Below are positions 18,122 to 30,170 of a stretch of DNA of 62,900 nt, in pieces; the stretch's first letter is position 1; each line of letters begins with the position of its first letter. This DNA comes from a virus (Duplodnaviria; Caudoviricetes), in IMG/VR virus record IMGVR_UViG_3300031857_000168, positions 1 through 62,900 of that record; one strand, written 5' to 3'. Under the pieces are notes generated by a model that saw nothing but the letters and a program-made list of their open reading frames with translations, had not been told where the DNA came from and made no database searches. Made by a program: the position numbers and the translations under genes.

Positions 18122-20167
18122 ATGCCGTTGAAGACTCCTCCAGTCAATTACGATTTAATAAGGCTTGCAGGGGGGTTGGATCAAGTCACGCCTACGTTGT
18201 CGTTGCCTCCCGGGGTTGCGCGCCGCGCGGCTAATTTTGAATGTTCTATTACCGGCGGCTACACTCGCATAGCTGGATACGAACGATATGACGGCCGGCC
18301 TAATCCTTCCGACGCTAACTACAATTTATTGAATTGCGCGCTTACCGGAACTGTAGCAGTAGGTGACACTATTACCGGCAGCGCCTCTGCTGCAACCGGC
18401 AAGGTCATAGCTTTATCAGGAAGCAACGTAATCATTACCCGTGAAGTCGGTAGTTTTTTATCAGGTGAACAGATTACGGTAGGCGCAACAGTAGTCGGAA
18501 CAATTACCTTAGTTCAAGGTGTATCAGCTGACGGTTTAGAAGATGCCACTTACAAAGCTTTAGCAGCTAATGATTACAGAACTGATATACAGACCGTTCC
18601 GGGGTCAGGGTCAGTCTGGGGGGTTGCCTATTACAAAGGCTACGTTTATGCATGGCGTAATGTCGTTGGTGGCGCAAGCGCAAAAATATACAAATCCAGC
18701 CCAGCTGGATGGGTTGAAGTAGCGCTCGGTAAAGAGCTTGGTTTTGATACTGGCAGTTCGCAGATATTTGACGGCGAAACAGTTACTGGCCTTACCAGCG
18801 GTGCCACCGGGGTTGTTGCCAGAGTAGTTCATGAAACAGGAACTTGGGGCTCGAATAACGCCGCAGGCAGGCTTATTTTATCTAGCACTACAGGTACTTT
18901 TGTTAACGGCGAGCATTTGTATATTAGCGGCTCTAAACACGCGCATGCTGTAGGAACTCAAACGCAAATAACTTTACTTCCTAATGGCCACGTAGAAACT
19001 GTCATCGCCAACTTTGGCGGCGGCACACAAAACTACAAACTATATGGCACTGATCAAGTCAACCGCGCATTTGAGTTTGATGGCACGACGTATGTGCCAA
19101 TAAGAACCGGCATGGCGGTAGATAAACCAAAGCATCTTGCTTTTCATAAGCAACATCTGTTTCTATCTTTTGATGCTTCGTTGCAGTTTTCTTCCCTCGG
19201 CGATCCCTACAAATGGACTACGCTACTTGGCGCCGGTGAACTCGCAATGAACGCTGACATTACTAATCTAATAGTTTTGCCGGGCGACCAATCGTCCGGT
19301 GCGCTTGGCGTTTACACAAGAAACGACACGTCAGTTCTTTACGGCACTGATTCCAGTACGTTTTCTTTGTCCACATTCAACACCGGTACCGGCGCCATCG
19401 CTCACACCGCGCAGAACATGGACACCGCTTATGTGCTTGATGATCGCGGCGTGATGAGCCTCGGCACATCGCTGAACTTTGGTAACTTCCTGCCGGCTTC
19501 GCTGTCTATGAACATTCGCCCGTTTATACAAGCCCGCAGAAACCTTGCTACCGCTAGTTTGGTGAACCGCGAAAAAGGTCAATACAGAATTTTCTTTTCG
19601 GATAAGTCCGCGCTTTACATGACCATATTGAACGGCAAAGTTTTAGGTGCCATGCCTATTCAGTTTTCGCACGCAGTAACTTGCGCAATCGAAGGCGAAT
19701 CGCCGGATGGGACTGCTACATCATTTTTCGGTTCTACCGATGGTTATGTATACCGACTTGACGCCGGCACAAGCTTTGATGGGTCTCCGATCCCAGCAAA
19801 CTTTAACCTTGTCTACAACAGCACTAAATCGCCGCGCATGCTTAAGCGCTATCGTAAAGCCAGCGTTGAAATGACAGGCGATTCGTATGCTGAAATCGCT
19901 TTTGGTTATGACCTTGCCTATCGGTCTATTTATTTAGCCCAGCCTTCTGATGCTGACTATGATGCCGACTTGCGTGCGACGTTTTGGGACAGCATGAGCT
20001 GGGATAATTTTGTTTGGGATGGCGCCGACATCTCGCCTACTGAAATATCAGTAGAAGGTTCTGCAGAAAATATGGCGATACGAATTTCTTCTGTGTCGGC
20101 AATTCTTGAGCCGTTCACTGTAAACAACATCATCTTGCATTACACAATGCGTAGAGGACTGCGATAA
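18122..20167 (+). CDS. Tail nozzle / stabilisation protein (tubular B, gp10-like)
   Basis: GGL start motif, beta-rich, follows adaptor. Confidence 0.75.
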   Translation: MPLKTPPVNYDLIRLAGGLDQVTPTLSLPPGVARRAANFECSITGGYTRIAGYERYDGRPNPSDANYNLLNCALTGTVAVGDTITGSASAATGKVIALSGSNVIITREVGSFLSGEQITVGATVVGTITLVQGVSADGLEDATYKALAANDYRTDIQTVPGSGSVWGVAYYKGYVYAWRNVVGGASAKIYKSSPAGWVEVALGKELGFDTGSSQIFDGETVTGLTSGATGVVARVVHETGTWGSNNAAGRLILSSTTGTFVNGEHLYISGSKHAHAVGTQTQITLLPNGHVETVIANFGGGTQNYKLYGTDQVNRAFEFDGTTYVPIRTGMAVDKPKHLAFHKQHLFLSFDASLQFSSLGDPYKWTTLLGAGELAMNADITNLIVLPGDQSSGALGVYTRNDTSVLYGTDSSTFSLSTFNTGTGAIAHTAQNMDTAYVLDDRGVMSLGTSLNFGNFLPASLSMNIRPFIQARRNLATASLVNREKGQYRIFFSDKSALYMTILNGKVLGAMPIQFSHAVTCAIEGESPDGTATSFFGSTDGYVYRLDAGTSFDGSPIPANFNLVYNSTKSPRMLKRYRKASVEMTGDSYAEIAFGYDLAYRSIYLAQPSDADYDADLRATFWDSMSWDNFVWDGADISPTEISVEGSAENMAIRISSVSAILEPFTVNNIILHYTMRRGLR

Positions 20168-22476
20168 TGCCGAACAGCTACTACAACCACGCTACTTACC
20201 CAACACCAAACTCTCCCGGCTCGTCCGCCCAGCTGCGGGCGGAGCTTGAGCTGATTACCGATGGTTTCGACAAGCTGCCTACACTTACGGGCAACGGCTA
20301 CAAGGTAGCTATGATTAATGCCGCAGGCGATGCGATCATCGCGTCATCGGCGCTACAAAGCCTTGCCATCACCGGCAGTACTATAAACAGTACGGTAATT
20401 GGCGGCGTATCGGCCGCAGCCGGTACATTCACCAACCTGACAGCCACAGGTACGGTAAACCTTGGCACCGGTCTGGTTGTCACAGGCGGGTCGATAAACA
20501 ACACCGTCATCGGCAATACGACCCCGGCCGCTGGCTCGTTTACGACACTCTCCGCCAGTGGTGGCATCACCGGCACGCTGACCGGCAACGTGACAGGCAA
20601 TCTGACTGGTAATGTCACCGGCAACGTGGCTGGCAATCTGACGGGTAATGTTACGTCGACCGGCACTTCGTCTTTTGCAAACGTCACCATCTCCGGCACG
20701 CTGAACATGGATGCCGGCTCTTCGGCGACCATCGAGAATTTGAGCACGCCGGTGAACAGCGGTGACGCTGCAAACAAAGGCTACGTAGACACACAGATCG
20801 CTACCCGATTGGCATTGTCCGGCGGCACGATGTCCGGCGCTATCGCAATGGGCACGAACAAGATCACCGGAATGGGTGATCCTACGCTGGCCCAAGACGC
20901 GGCTACTAAGAATTACGTAGACACAGGTTTGGCGTTGAAGCTGAACTTGTCCGGCGGCACGATGTCTGGCGCCATCGCCATGGCCACCAATAAGATTACC
21001 GGCCTTGGCGACCCGACCAATGCACAGGACGCCGCTACCAAAAACTACGTTGATAGCGTCGCACAAGGTCTGGACGTCAAAGCATCTGTCCGCGCCGCGA
21101 CTACGGCCAACATCACGCTGTCTGGCACGCAGACGGTCGACGGCGTTGCCCTGTCTATTAACGACCGGGTTCTCGTCAAAGATCAATCGACGCAAGCTGA
21201 CAACGGTATCTATCTGGTCGCTTCCAGTTCTTGGACCCGTACTGCAGACGCTGATGCTTGGACTGAACTGCCGGGCGCGTTCGTGTTTGTTGAAAGCGGT
21301 ACGGTAAATGACAACAGCGGCTGGGTCTGTACGGTTGCCCCGGGCGGCACGCTAGGTAGCACCGCCATTACATTCGAGCAGTTCTCCGGCGCCGGCCAAG
21401 TTATCGCTGGCACCGGTATGACGAAGACCGGCAATACGCTGAACGTCAATACAGCTTCCAGTGCGCGCATCGTGGTTGGCGCCGATGAGATTGATTTGGC
21501 TTCCACCGGGATCGTGGCCGGCACCTACCGGTCAGTTACCGTGGACCAGTGGGGCCGTGCTACGGCCGGTACAAACCCTACCACGGTTGCTGGATATGGC
21601 CTCACTGACGTGTACACCAAGACCGAGGTCGACAACGCACTGGCTCTGAAGCTGAATCTGTCCGGCGGCACAATGTCCGGTGCTATCGCAATGGGCACCA
21701 ACAAGATCACCGGCATGGGCGATCCTACATTGGCCCAAGACGCGGCTACAAAAAATTATGTAGACAACGGTCTTGCTGCAAAGTTGTCGTTGTCTGGCGG
21801 TACGATGACTGGCGCCATTGCAATGGGCGGGTTCAAAATCACAGGTCTTGGCGACCCTACTGCAAACCAAGATGCCGTCACATTAATCTACCTGACCACT
21901 CTTTTTGGCAGCACCGCTTCAGCCGCTGCTTCAGCTTCGGCTGCGGCCATCAGCGCGTCAAACGCGGCTACAAGTGAAAGCAACGCGGCTACTAGCGCCA
22001 GCAACGCTTTGACTAGCGCTAACAACGCAGCAGCCAGCTACGACGCTTTTGATGACCGTTATCTCGGCAGCAAAAGCAGCGATCCATCTGTTGACAATGA
22101 TGGCAACCCATTACTGACCGGGGCGCTATATTGGAACACGTCTTTAAACCAAATGCGTGTCTATTCAGGAACTGCTTGGCAAGCAGCGTATTTACCTGCA
22201 GGGTCGTATTTACTGCTTACCGGCGGCACGATGACCGGCGACTTAACAATGAGCGCACAAACAGACCTTCGGTTTGCTGATGCGGATTCATCTAATTGGG
22301 TTGCTTTTCAAGCTCCGGCTACCATAGCTTCAAATGTAACTTGGACGTTACCAAACGCGGATGGTACTAACGGCCAAATGTTAACTACTAACGGTTCAGG
22401 CGGTTTATCTTTTACAACCCCGGCAGGCGTTACCACCGGTAAAGCTATCGCAATGGCGATAGTCTTTGGATTCTAA
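20167..22476 (+). CDS. Tail fibre with GN(V/L)T and LSGGTMSGAIAM..DAATKNYVD repeats
   Basis: Four ~42-aa repeats and an ASA-rich linker. Confidence 0.85.
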   Translation: MPNSYYNHATYPTPNSPGSSAQLRAELELITDGFDKLPTLTGNGYKVAMINAAGDAIIASSALQSLAITGSTINSTVIGGVSAAAGTFTNLTATGTVNLGTGLVVTGGSINNTVIGNTTPAAGSFTTLSASGGITGTLTGNVTGNLTGNVTGNVAGNLTGNVTSTGTSSFANVTISGTLNMDAGSSATIENLSTPVNSGDAANKGYVDTQIATRLALSGGTMSGAIAMGTNKITGMGDPTLAQDAATKNYVDTGLALKLNLSGGTMSGAIAMATNKITGLGDPTNAQDAATKNYVDSVAQGLDVKASVRAATTANITLSGTQTVDGVALSINDRVLVKDQSTQADNGIYLVASSSWTRTADADAWTELPGAFVFVESGTVNDNSGWVCTVAPGGTLGSTAITFEQFSGAGQVIAGTGMTKTGNTLNVNTASSARIVVGADEIDLASTGIVAGTYRSVTVDQWGRATAGTNPTTVAGYGLTDVYTKTEVDNALALKLNLSGGTMSGAIAMGTNKITGMGDPTLAQDAATKNYVDNGLAAKLSLSGGTMTGAIAMGGFKITGLGDPTANQDAVTLIYLTTLFGSTASAAASASAAAISASNAATSESNAATSASNALTSANNAAASYDAFDDRYLGSKSSDPSVDNDGNPLLTGALYWNTSLNQMRVYSGTAWQAAYLPAGSYLLLTGGTMTGDLTMSAQTDLRFADADSSNWVAFQAPATIASNVTWTLPNADGTNGQMLTTNGSGGLSFTTPAGVTTGKAIAMAIVFGF

Positions 22477-22486
22477 GGAGCATTAA

Positions 22487-22861
22487 ATGGCGAACCCAAA
22501 CATCGTCAACGTAGCTGCTATTTACGGCAATACGTCAAGTACATCACTTACAGGAACTTCAGCTACTTCTGTTGCGAGCAACGCGGCAAGCAGTGGAAAA
22601 GTCTACAAAATTGGTAGCTTAGTTGTTGCTAACGTATCTGGTTCTGCAGCAACGATAACGATCAACTTGTATTCAGCTGCAGCTCTTGGCGGTACGGGCG
22701 TAGCAATCGCGTATCAAATCAGCGTGCCGGCTAATGCTTCATTAGTTGTCATTGACAAAACCACACCGATGTATCTTCTTGAAGACAAGTCGATTGGCGC
22801 CATCGCTGGTACGGCAAACGCCTTAACAGTTACGGCCTCATGGGAAGAGCTTAACGCTTAA
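22487..22861 (+). CDS. Tail-fibre-associated protein (MANPNIVNV...)
   Basis: AAGGAG SD; follows GKAIAMAIVFG fibre end. Confidence 0.7.
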   Translation: MANPNIVNVAAIYGNTSSTSLTGTSATSVASNAASSGKVYKIGSLVVANVSGSAATITINLYSAAALGGTGVAIAYQISVPANASLVVIDKTTPMYLLEDKSIGAIAGTANALTVTASWEELNA

Positions 22862-22871
22862 TAGGTGACGC

Positions 22872-23285
22872 ATGCTTTATAGCAAAAACGGATCGATACC
22901 TTCACCGCAAACAGATGGGTCTGATGGCTGGATCATTGTGCCTGATAAACCTGAACCTCCTGAAGGTAAAGAGGTTGTTTGGTGGTTTCCGCCCGGCTGG
23001 GTTATTCGTGATCCAAAACCTGAAGCGCAGGAAGGTTATGCTTGGTCATGGTCTCAATCTGAGGAAAAATGGGTTGAGTACAAAATACCTGAACCTGAGC
23101 CAGTCGTTGAGCTTGTGCTGGCCCCAACGCCTATAGCTACTACCGAAGGCGAAACGCTTACCTCTGCACAAATAGAGGCCGTAGCTTCTTCGCAAATAGT
23201 TGCGCTATCTTCTGAACAAACGGAGACTTTGTCTTCTTTACAGATAGAGACGCTTACTACTTCGCAAATTTCTGGACTGGAGTAA
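22872..23285 (+). CDS. Tail-fibre assembly-like protein with C-terminal LT/SxxQI repeats
   Basis: Trp/Pro-rich N-terminus; 8-aa repeats at the C-terminus. Confidence 0.6.
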   Translation: MLYSKNGSIPSPQTDGSDGWIIVPDKPEPPEGKEVVWWFPPGWVIRDPKPEAQEGYAWSWSQSEEKWVEYKIPEPEPVVELVLAPTPIATTEGETLTSAQIEAVASSQIVALSSEQTETLSSLQIETLTTSQISGLE

Positions 23286-23287
23286 TC

Positions 23288-26248
23288 ATGGGTCTGCGGT
23301 TTGTTGGTAACGTGATGAAGCCGGGGTACAACCCACTGGCAGCTAATATAACTTCCGGCGTAAACACGGTTCAACATCAAGGTATCTTTACGCTACAACA
23401 ACAAGCCCGCGCAATCGCAAATCAGCAGTGGGCTACCGATCCTTATTTCGATTACACAACCCTGTTGATTCAAGCTGACAACGCTGCAAACGGTTTACAA
23501 AACGGCGCGTTCCTAGACAGCAGCACCGGTAGAACTGCAACAGGAACTTCATCTTCTATATCAGGCAATACACTTACTGTTGGCGGCACTGTCACCGGGT
23601 CATTCGCTGCAGGCATGACGCTGTCTGGCACAGGCGTGACGTCCGGCACTACCATCGTTGGTTATGGCACAGGCACTGGCGGCGCGGGTACATACATCGT
23701 CAATATTAGCCAGACAGTTTCAGCTACTAGCATATCGGGTTCAGGTGGGAATTACGTTACACGTAATGGCGGCGCGCCGGGGATGGTGCAAGGCAGTTTT
23801 TCTCCGTTTAGCGCAACAGGCTGGAGTAATTTTTTTGATGGGAATGATTATTTAACAGTCGCTGGTGGTTCTTCGCTTGCTTTTGGTAGTGGTGATTTTT
23901 CACTTGAGGCTTTTGTGTATCCGACAACAGCAAGTGGGACAAGAAAAATATACGACGGGCGACCAAATACGACAGCAGGAAATTACCCTGTTCTTCACAT
24001 AGATGGTAATAATGCAGTATTTTTTGTTGATACAACAGCGTTAATTACTGGAACAACTGTAATACCAGCAAACGCATGGACACACGTTCTAGTGTCAAGG
24101 GTTAGCGGCAATCTTCGTTTATTTATAAACGGTGTGCAGGACGGTTCTACAGTTTCAAATTCAATTAACTTCGCAAATGGAACTGCAAGACCAGCCATCG
24201 GTGTTCGTGGCTCTAGCCTAGCAAATGATTTTTTTACTGGCTACATTTCTAATGTTAGGGTAATTACAGGATCGGGTTTTACTTCGGTTACTGTACCAAC
24301 AACACCATTAACGGCAGTTTCAGGTACGTTACTTCTGACCTGCCAATCAAATCGGTTTTTTGATAGCGGAACAGCAAATTCAGGGTCAGGCTTTGCCGTT
24401 ACCACCGCAGGCAACCCATCCGTCCAAGCCTTCTCGCCATTCGCGCCACAGTATCAATATACGGCAGCAGGAGCAACTTCGTGGAGTGCTTCATTCGGAA
24501 CGTCGAATTATCTAGACTCTACATTCAACCAAGCATTTACTGGCACTACCAATTTCTGCTTTGAGACTTGGATGTATCTCACTGCCATGCCGACACAGGA
24601 GCAATTTTGGTTCTTAGGTGTTCAAAGCGGCATATTTTTTGATTCATGGGTTAACAGTTCGTTGGGCGTTGAAGTACGTATTAGTTCAAGCACTAATGCT
24701 ACACTGACAAGTACCTCCACAGTGTCGGTAAATGCATGGAACCACGTTGCTGTAACATTTGATGGTACGACTTTAAGAATCTTCATCAACGGTGTGCCTT
24801 CTGGTTCAACATCTTTTACGATGCCCACTGGCACTACTACCAGATACTTCGTTGGCTATAACGACTATTCTCCAGCCGCAAGATATTTTACTGGTTACCT
24901 TTCAAATTGGAGGGTATCCGTAGGAACTCCGCGTTATACAACCACTTTCACACCTCCTATCTCACCGTTATCTTCGGATGTGTATACGATAATTTTGCTG
25001 TTGCAGTCTGGTACCTTTATTGACACTAGTGGCAATAACAGAACGGTGGTAGTTAATGGTACACCAACTACGCAGTCTTTTTCTCCTTTCAATCGAATAG
25101 CAACAGGCGGGTCTGGGTACTTTGATGGGACGGGGGATTATTTAACACTTCCAAACAATGCCACTACAACTATAGGAACATCAGATTTTACTTTTGAGGG
25201 TTGGTTCTATACTCCAAGTGTCGCAACGCTTCAAACTTTGATGACGTATGGTTCTAGTGGTTGGCGAGTATTTATGAACGCCGCTGCTATTTGGTTTTTA
25301 AATGGATCAACTTCAATAATTAACACTGGCACTATTCAACCAAACTCGTGGATTCACATTGTTTTAGTTCGCAGTGGGTCTGGAAGTAACAACACAGCTT
25401 TGTGGATAAACGGATCAAGAATTACGCAAGCAACAAATACGACAAATTTTGCGGCTGGCGCTCCGCAGATTGGAATGGAGGGAACTACATCAAGTCCATA
25501 CACTGGCTATATGAGCAATGTTCGTTTAGTGAAATCTGCACTATACAACCCCGCAAATTCAACTATTACCGTTCCATCGCTTCCTTTTAGTAATGTCACA
25601 AATACAGCATTCCTCCTCAACTTCACCAACGCTGGTATTAGCGACGCATCTATGCGCAGTGTTCTTGATACGATAGGCAATGCGCAAGTAAGTACCGCCG
25701 TGGTGAAATATGGTTCAGGTGCCATGCTGTTTGATGGCACTGACGACCGGGTGTCAATTCCTACCAGTCAGTTTTTAGATTTGGGTGTTGGGGACTTTAC
25801 CATCGAATGCTGGGCCTATAACACCAATTGGGATACTGACCAGAATCAACTTTTTGAGCGCGGTCGATTTACCGTAGGTAAGTCTTATCGCGCTTGGATG
25901 AAGACAAATCAGATTGTCTTTGAAGTTAATTTAAGCGGCACCGCTACGGGCGGATATACCACTATTACTGCGACTATCAGAAACAACGTATTTCAGTGGT
26001 ACCACCTCGCTTTTGTTCGCAGCGGACCAAACTTTTATATTTATCGAGACGGTGTGCAAGTAGCCAGTGCTACGTCTACAGCAGCTGTATTTACAACTAC
26101 CGAAGCTTTGGCTGTCGGTGGTGCTGCTGATGGCAACAACAACATCATGATGAACGGTTACATTGATGACTTCAGAATAACTCGCGGTATCGCTCGATAC
26201 ACTGGATTAACTTTCACACCACCACAAGTAGCTTTACCGAGGCAATAA
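23288..26248 (+). CDS. LamG/concanavalin-like lectin repeat tail protein
   Basis: Repeated FDG.GDYL, DFT.E.W, W.H.A, GYISN.R units. Confidence 0.85.
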   Translation: MGLRFVGNVMKPGYNPLAANITSGVNTVQHQGIFTLQQQARAIANQQWATDPYFDYTTLLIQADNAANGLQNGAFLDSSTGRTATGTSSSISGNTLTVGGTVTGSFAAGMTLSGTGVTSGTTIVGYGTGTGGAGTYIVNISQTVSATSISGSGGNYVTRNGGAPGMVQGSFSPFSATGWSNFFDGNDYLTVAGGSSLAFGSGDFSLEAFVYPTTASGTRKIYDGRPNTTAGNYPVLHIDGNNAVFFVDTTALITGTTVIPANAWTHVLVSRVSGNLRLFINGVQDGSTVSNSINFANGTARPAIGVRGSSLANDFFTGYISNVRVITGSGFTSVTVPTTPLTAVSGTLLLTCQSNRFFDSGTANSGSGFAVTTAGNPSVQAFSPFAPQYQYTAAGATSWSASFGTSNYLDSTFNQAFTGTTNFCFETWMYLTAMPTQEQFWFLGVQSGIFFDSWVNSSLGVEVRISSSTNATLTSTSTVSVNAWNHVAVTFDGTTLRIFINGVPSGSTSFTMPTGTTTRYFVGYNDYSPAARYFTGYLSNWRVSVGTPRYTTTFTPPISPLSSDVYTIILLLQSGTFIDTSGNNRTVVVNGTPTTQSFSPFNRIATGGSGYFDGTGDYLTLPNNATTTIGTSDFTFEGWFYTPSVATLQTLMTYGSSGWRVFMNAAAIWFLNGSTSIINTGTIQPNSWIHIVLVRSGSGSNNTALWINGSRITQATNTTNFAAGAPQIGMEGTTSSPYTGYMSNVRLVKSALYNPANSTITVPSLPFSNVTNTAFLLNFTNAGISDASMRSVLDTIGNAQVSTAVVKYGSGAMLFDGTDDRVSIPTSQFLDLGVGDFTIECWAYNTNWDTDQNQLFERGRFTVGKSYRAWMKTNQIVFEVNLSGTATGGYTTITATIRNNVFQWYHLAFVRSGPNFYIYRDGVQVASATSTAAVFTTTEALAVGGAADGNNNIMMNGYIDDFRITRGIARYTGLTFTPPQVALPRQ

Positions 26249-26249
26249 C

Positions 26250-29096
26250 ATGAGCAACTACCCGGGAAAGATAATCACTAACAACGCTGATATCGGCTAT
26301 TCCGTTGTGTTTGACGGGACGGGGGATTATCTCTTTACAACAGGTGCCGCACTCGACACGGGCGCTGGAACAGCGGATATTACTTTTGAGTGTTGGGTGT
26401 ATAACAGAGGGTATTCCGGAAGCCAATATGGACGAGGCATTTTAGTTTTTTACCCATCTGCTGCTTATAATACAGACCGTTTGATGGTACGACTGGACTT
26501 TAACTCAAACGCGATTAACTGTTATTTAATTGTTGGTAGCGCCGCACAGTGGGGGATTAGCGGGACTAATTCGACTAGTTTGGCTACAGTTAACGCATGG
26601 ACGCATGTAGCACTTGTTCGTTCTTCACAGACTTTCAGGTTGTATATCAACGGAGTACTTGATACTACACTGCCAGCAACCACTGTAAGTCTTAATACCT
26701 TTGACACTTTTAATATTGGTAGAACGCAAGATGGGACGGTTCCTGATTTCGACGGCTATATATCTAATTTTAGATATGTCAAAAACACCGCCCTTTACAC
26801 CGCTGCGTTCACGCCTCCAACCCAGCTACTAAACATCACCAACACACAACTACTTACCTGCAACTCTCCGGCAATAGTTGACCAGAGTACCAACGCATTT
26901 GTCATCACAGCCAACGGCAACGCAGCAGTCAGCACCTTCACGCCCTTTGCCGCTTACAACCCTTACACCCCGGAACTTGGTTCAGCCTCGTCGGGGATAT
27001 GGTCTCTGAACGAGTTGATGGAACAAACACTGACTCGTCGTTCAAATAATTATGACCCTTACTTTACGTACAACTCACTTCTAATCCATGGAGCCGGTAC
27101 TGACGGTGCGCAGAACAATACTTTCTTGGACAGCAGCACCGCGAATAGCGGTAGTCCTTGGTCGCTAACGCGTAACGGTAATGTATACCAAGGTGCATTC
27201 ACTCCGTTCACTCGCACGGGCTGGAGCGTATACCTTGACGGTAACGTAAATATAAACAATCCAGCTGGATTGCCTACTGCTTTTGCTGGCTGGGGTGGGC
27301 GGACCAGAACTTTTGAGATGTGGTTATACAGAGAAGATTCTACTGCTGGGTGCAATTTACAGACGGCCTATGCTGCTGTTGTTGCTAACGGCCGCTGGAC
27401 AATAACTATAGACGCTAGTAGCCGACTTGATTTTGGTTGGACAACTAGCACAAGCAGCCAAGAAAGTGTTCAAACCGTAAACACCGTCCCTGTAGGTTCT
27501 TGGTGTCACATAGCCGTAGTAGTAGATTCTACGACTTCTACAAACACTACTATTCGCTTGTTTATAAACGGAGCGATGGAAACTTTTACTGGTAAAAATC
27601 TATCTACTCAAACATCTACCTACGGTTGGCAAAGTCTTTTTGGTTATGCGAGTTACACTTACGGCGCACCGGCGGGTTATTTCTCTAATTTGCGTTGGAG
27701 CAACAATCTTCGCTATACCTCGTCTTTTGCGCCCCCTACAGCAAATTTTACAAACGATGCAAATACGCTATACCTGATTGCCCAAGATTACAGATTAAGA
27801 GATAGAAGCAGCAACGCTTACACAGTTACTGTGGCTGCGGGAACCCCGCGCATAATGCCATTTGGTCCGTTTAACGCAAATACTTTAACTGCCTATCGCG
27901 ACACTACTGTTGGAGGAAGCGGCTTTTTCCCGGGCAGCGGTTCAAGCTATGTGGTTACAACGGATAGTTCAACCGCGTTTTTGCCGCAAACCACTACTAC
28001 GCCGTTCACTATTGAGTGCTGGGTTTATAACACGGGCACTAGCTCGACAGTGCTGTACGCTGCTATAGCCGTTGACAATTATGCTTACACCCTTGGTTTC
28101 GGTAGTGCCGTAGGAACCTATGACTCTACGCAAACACCGTGGTTTGGCGTGTACGGCTTTGGTTGGTCTGGTCTTCGATCCACGACACCAATACCGCTAA
28201 ATGCTTGGACTCACATTGCTTGTGTATTCACCGGCTCCACTTGCTACATATATCAAGACGGTGTCATGACTGCTTCGGGCGGCCCGAGTACATGGGAAGT
28301 TAAAACCGCTGGTAAAGTTCGTATTGGTTGTCGCCCCGACGCTGGTACCGATACATTTACCGGGTACATAGCTGGCGCGCGAGTTGTCATAGGCAGTAAC
28401 TTATACCCAAGTGGCACCACGTTCACTCCGCCTACCGCGCCGCCTACAAACATCACAAACACTAAGCTGCTGCTGAACTTTACTAACGCAGCAGTTATAG
28501 ATTCCACAGGGTTGAACATAATTGATACTGTCGGGCAAGGACAGATATCAACGTCGCAAAGCCGTTTCGGTCGTGGAAGCCTGTTTTCAGGGTCATCCAG
28601 CGGGGGGTTTATTGTTAGAGGCGAAGGGCTAAGTATCGCTTTTGGAAACGGTGATTTTACTATTGAGTTTTATGCGTATTTAACTTCCCTTGGTACTTGG
28701 GTGTTTGATACGTGCCCGGCCGGGGTTGTGGCTCCTACGAACCGAATATTATTGCAGGTTCAAAGCAGTGGTTCTGTAGACTATCTCACTTATCAGGGCG
28801 TCACTACTTTAATATCTTCAGGCGGTGGTGTTTTTTCTACTAACCGTTGGCACCACATAGCCTTGTGCAAAGCTAGTTCGCAAACCAGATTGTTTGTGGA
28901 TGGCATACAGAGAGGTTCTACTTACAGTGACACTTTAGATTATCCGGCACAATTAAATCGGCCAATTTTGTGCGCAGATGGTTACGCTGAAGGTTTTAGC
29001 GGCAACATTCGTATCGATGAACTTCGTATTACCCGTGGGTACGCGCGGTACAAAACTAATTTTAAACCCCAAACTTCTCGTTGGCAGGATCAATAA
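26250..29096 (+). CDS. LamG/concanavalin-like lectin repeat tail protein 2
   Basis: Same repeat architecture; paralogous to upstream gene. Confidence 0.85.
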   Translation: MSNYPGKIITNNADIGYSVVFDGTGDYLFTTGAALDTGAGTADITFECWVYNRGYSGSQYGRGILVFYPSAAYNTDRLMVRLDFNSNAINCYLIVGSAAQWGISGTNSTSLATVNAWTHVALVRSSQTFRLYINGVLDTTLPATTVSLNTFDTFNIGRTQDGTVPDFDGYISNFRYVKNTALYTAAFTPPTQLLNITNTQLLTCNSPAIVDQSTNAFVITANGNAAVSTFTPFAAYNPYTPELGSASSGIWSLNELMEQTLTRRSNNYDPYFTYNSLLIHGAGTDGAQNNTFLDSSTANSGSPWSLTRNGNVYQGAFTPFTRTGWSVYLDGNVNINNPAGLPTAFAGWGGRTRTFEMWLYREDSTAGCNLQTAYAAVVANGRWTITIDASSRLDFGWTTSTSSQESVQTVNTVPVGSWCHIAVVVDSTTSTNTTIRLFINGAMETFTGKNLSTQTSTYGWQSLFGYASYTYGAPAGYFSNLRWSNNLRYTSSFAPPTANFTNDANTLYLIAQDYRLRDRSSNAYTVTVAAGTPRIMPFGPFNANTLTAYRDTTVGGSGFFPGSGSSYVVTTDSSTAFLPQTTTTPFTIECWVYNTGTSSTVLYAAIAVDNYAYTLGFGSAVGTYDSTQTPWFGVYGFGWSGLRSTTPIPLNAWTHIACVFTGSTCYIYQDGVMTASGGPSTWEVKTAGKVRIGCRPDAGTDTFTGYIAGARVVIGSNLYPSGTTFTPPTAPPTNITNTKLLLNFTNAAVIDSTGLNIIDTVGQGQISTSQSRFGRGSLFSGSSSGGFIVRGEGLSIAFGNGDFTIEFYAYLTSLGTWVFDTCPAGVVAPTNRILLQVQSSGSVDYLTYQGVTTLISSGGGVFSTNRWHHIALCKASSQTRLFVDGIQRGSTYSDTLDYPAQLNRPILCADGYAEGFSGNIRIDELRITRGYARYKTNFKPQTSRWQDQ

Positions 29097-29099
29097 GTC

Positions 29100-29438
29100 A
29101 TGCTTGAAGAAAACAAAGAAATGTCTATCGAAACTTCACTGGCGCTTCTGAATCACCGTGTAGAGGTTATGCACGACGATTTTACTGAAATGCGTGCAGT
29201 TCTTAAAGAACTGACTACAGCTATAAATAAGTTGACCGTAGTTGAAGAAAGGCAAACGCAATTTGCTGAAGCCCAAGAGCGGGCTTTTAACGTGATAGCA
29301 AAAATAGAAGAGCGGCTTACTGCTCTTGAAAAACGCGTTCCAGAAAATGACCGCGTAAAAGTTTGGGTCGATCGTAGCGTGATAGCTGTTCTTGGTGTAG
29401 TGTTTTTATTTGTTGTTAAGAAAATCGGGTTGATGTAG
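29100..29438 (+). CDS. Coiled-coil protein with C-terminal TM (holin-like)
   Basis: Heptad pattern and terminal hydrophobic helix; start of lysis block. Confidence 0.55.
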   Translation: MLEENKEMSIETSLALLNHRVEVMHDDFTEMRAVLKELTTAINKLTVVEERQTQFAEAQERAFNVIAKIEERLTALEKRVPENDRVKVWVDRSVIAVLGVVFLFVVKKIGLM

Positions 29439-29450
29439 GAGGTTCCCAGT

Positions 29451-30170
29451 GTGGACCCAATCACCATTGCCGCCGCCTTTAAAGCCGCAACCACGGCCAT
29501 CGATATGGCGAAAAAGGGCGTGGCCCTATACAAAGAAATCAAACAAACCGGCGGAGATGTAAAAGACGTATTGCTTGATCTTAAAGATCAATTTAGTAAA
29601 TTAACCAACCCGTCGCAAGAACAGAAAAAGCAATACAACGAAGAAGTAAAAAGAATTCAAGAAATATCTACGGCAGACCCAAGACAAGTTCTTGACGATA
29701 TATGGGAGCATCTAGGAACTTTTGTAGATAAATACGACATCATGGTTAAAGCCTATGTGGCGTCCGAAGTATCTGCAAAAAAAGTATACAAAGGTGAAAA
29801 ATCTTTAGGTCGACGCGCACTGGAAAGATTAAAGATAAAACATCAATTAGATTCTATGCTGGCTGAAGTACGCGAAGAAATGGTGTACAACACCCCCAGT
29901 GAGCTTGGTGATTTGTGGACACGTTTTGAAGCAATGTGGACTACCATTGTTCGTGAACAGAACATAGCTCTCGCCGAAGAGATGCGGAAAGAACAGGTGG
30001 CGCGGTGGCAACGGGAAAGGGAGTGGGAGGAGGTAAAAGCAAAGGCGGTATGGATTGGGGCGGTAGTGTTCGTCCTGACATGGTTCAGCGGCCTCCTAAT
30101 CCTCCTGCGTCTGAGTCACACATACCGTGGTCTTTACTCATCACCTTGGTGGTCTTGTGTATTGTGTTAG
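29451..30170 (+). CDS. Coiled-coil membrane-anchored protein (MDPITI...)
   Basis: AGGAGG SD, C-terminal TM. Confidence 0.65.
   Translation: MDPITIAAAFKAATTAIDMAKKGVALYKEIKQTGGDVKDVLLDLKDQFSKLTNPSQEQKKQYNEEVKRIQEISTADPRQVLDDIWEHLGTFVDKYDIMVKAYVASEVSAKKVYKGEKSLGRRALERLKIKHQLDSMLAEVREEMVYNTPSELGDLWTRFEAMWTTIVREQNIALAEEMRKEQVARWQREREWEEVKAKAVWIGAVVFVLTWFSGLLILLRLSHTYRGLYSSPWWSCVLC

Noticed and set aside
23288-29096. Diversity-generating retroelement acting on tail adhesins
   Set aside because: No reverse transcriptase and no adenine-specific template/variable repeat pair noticed
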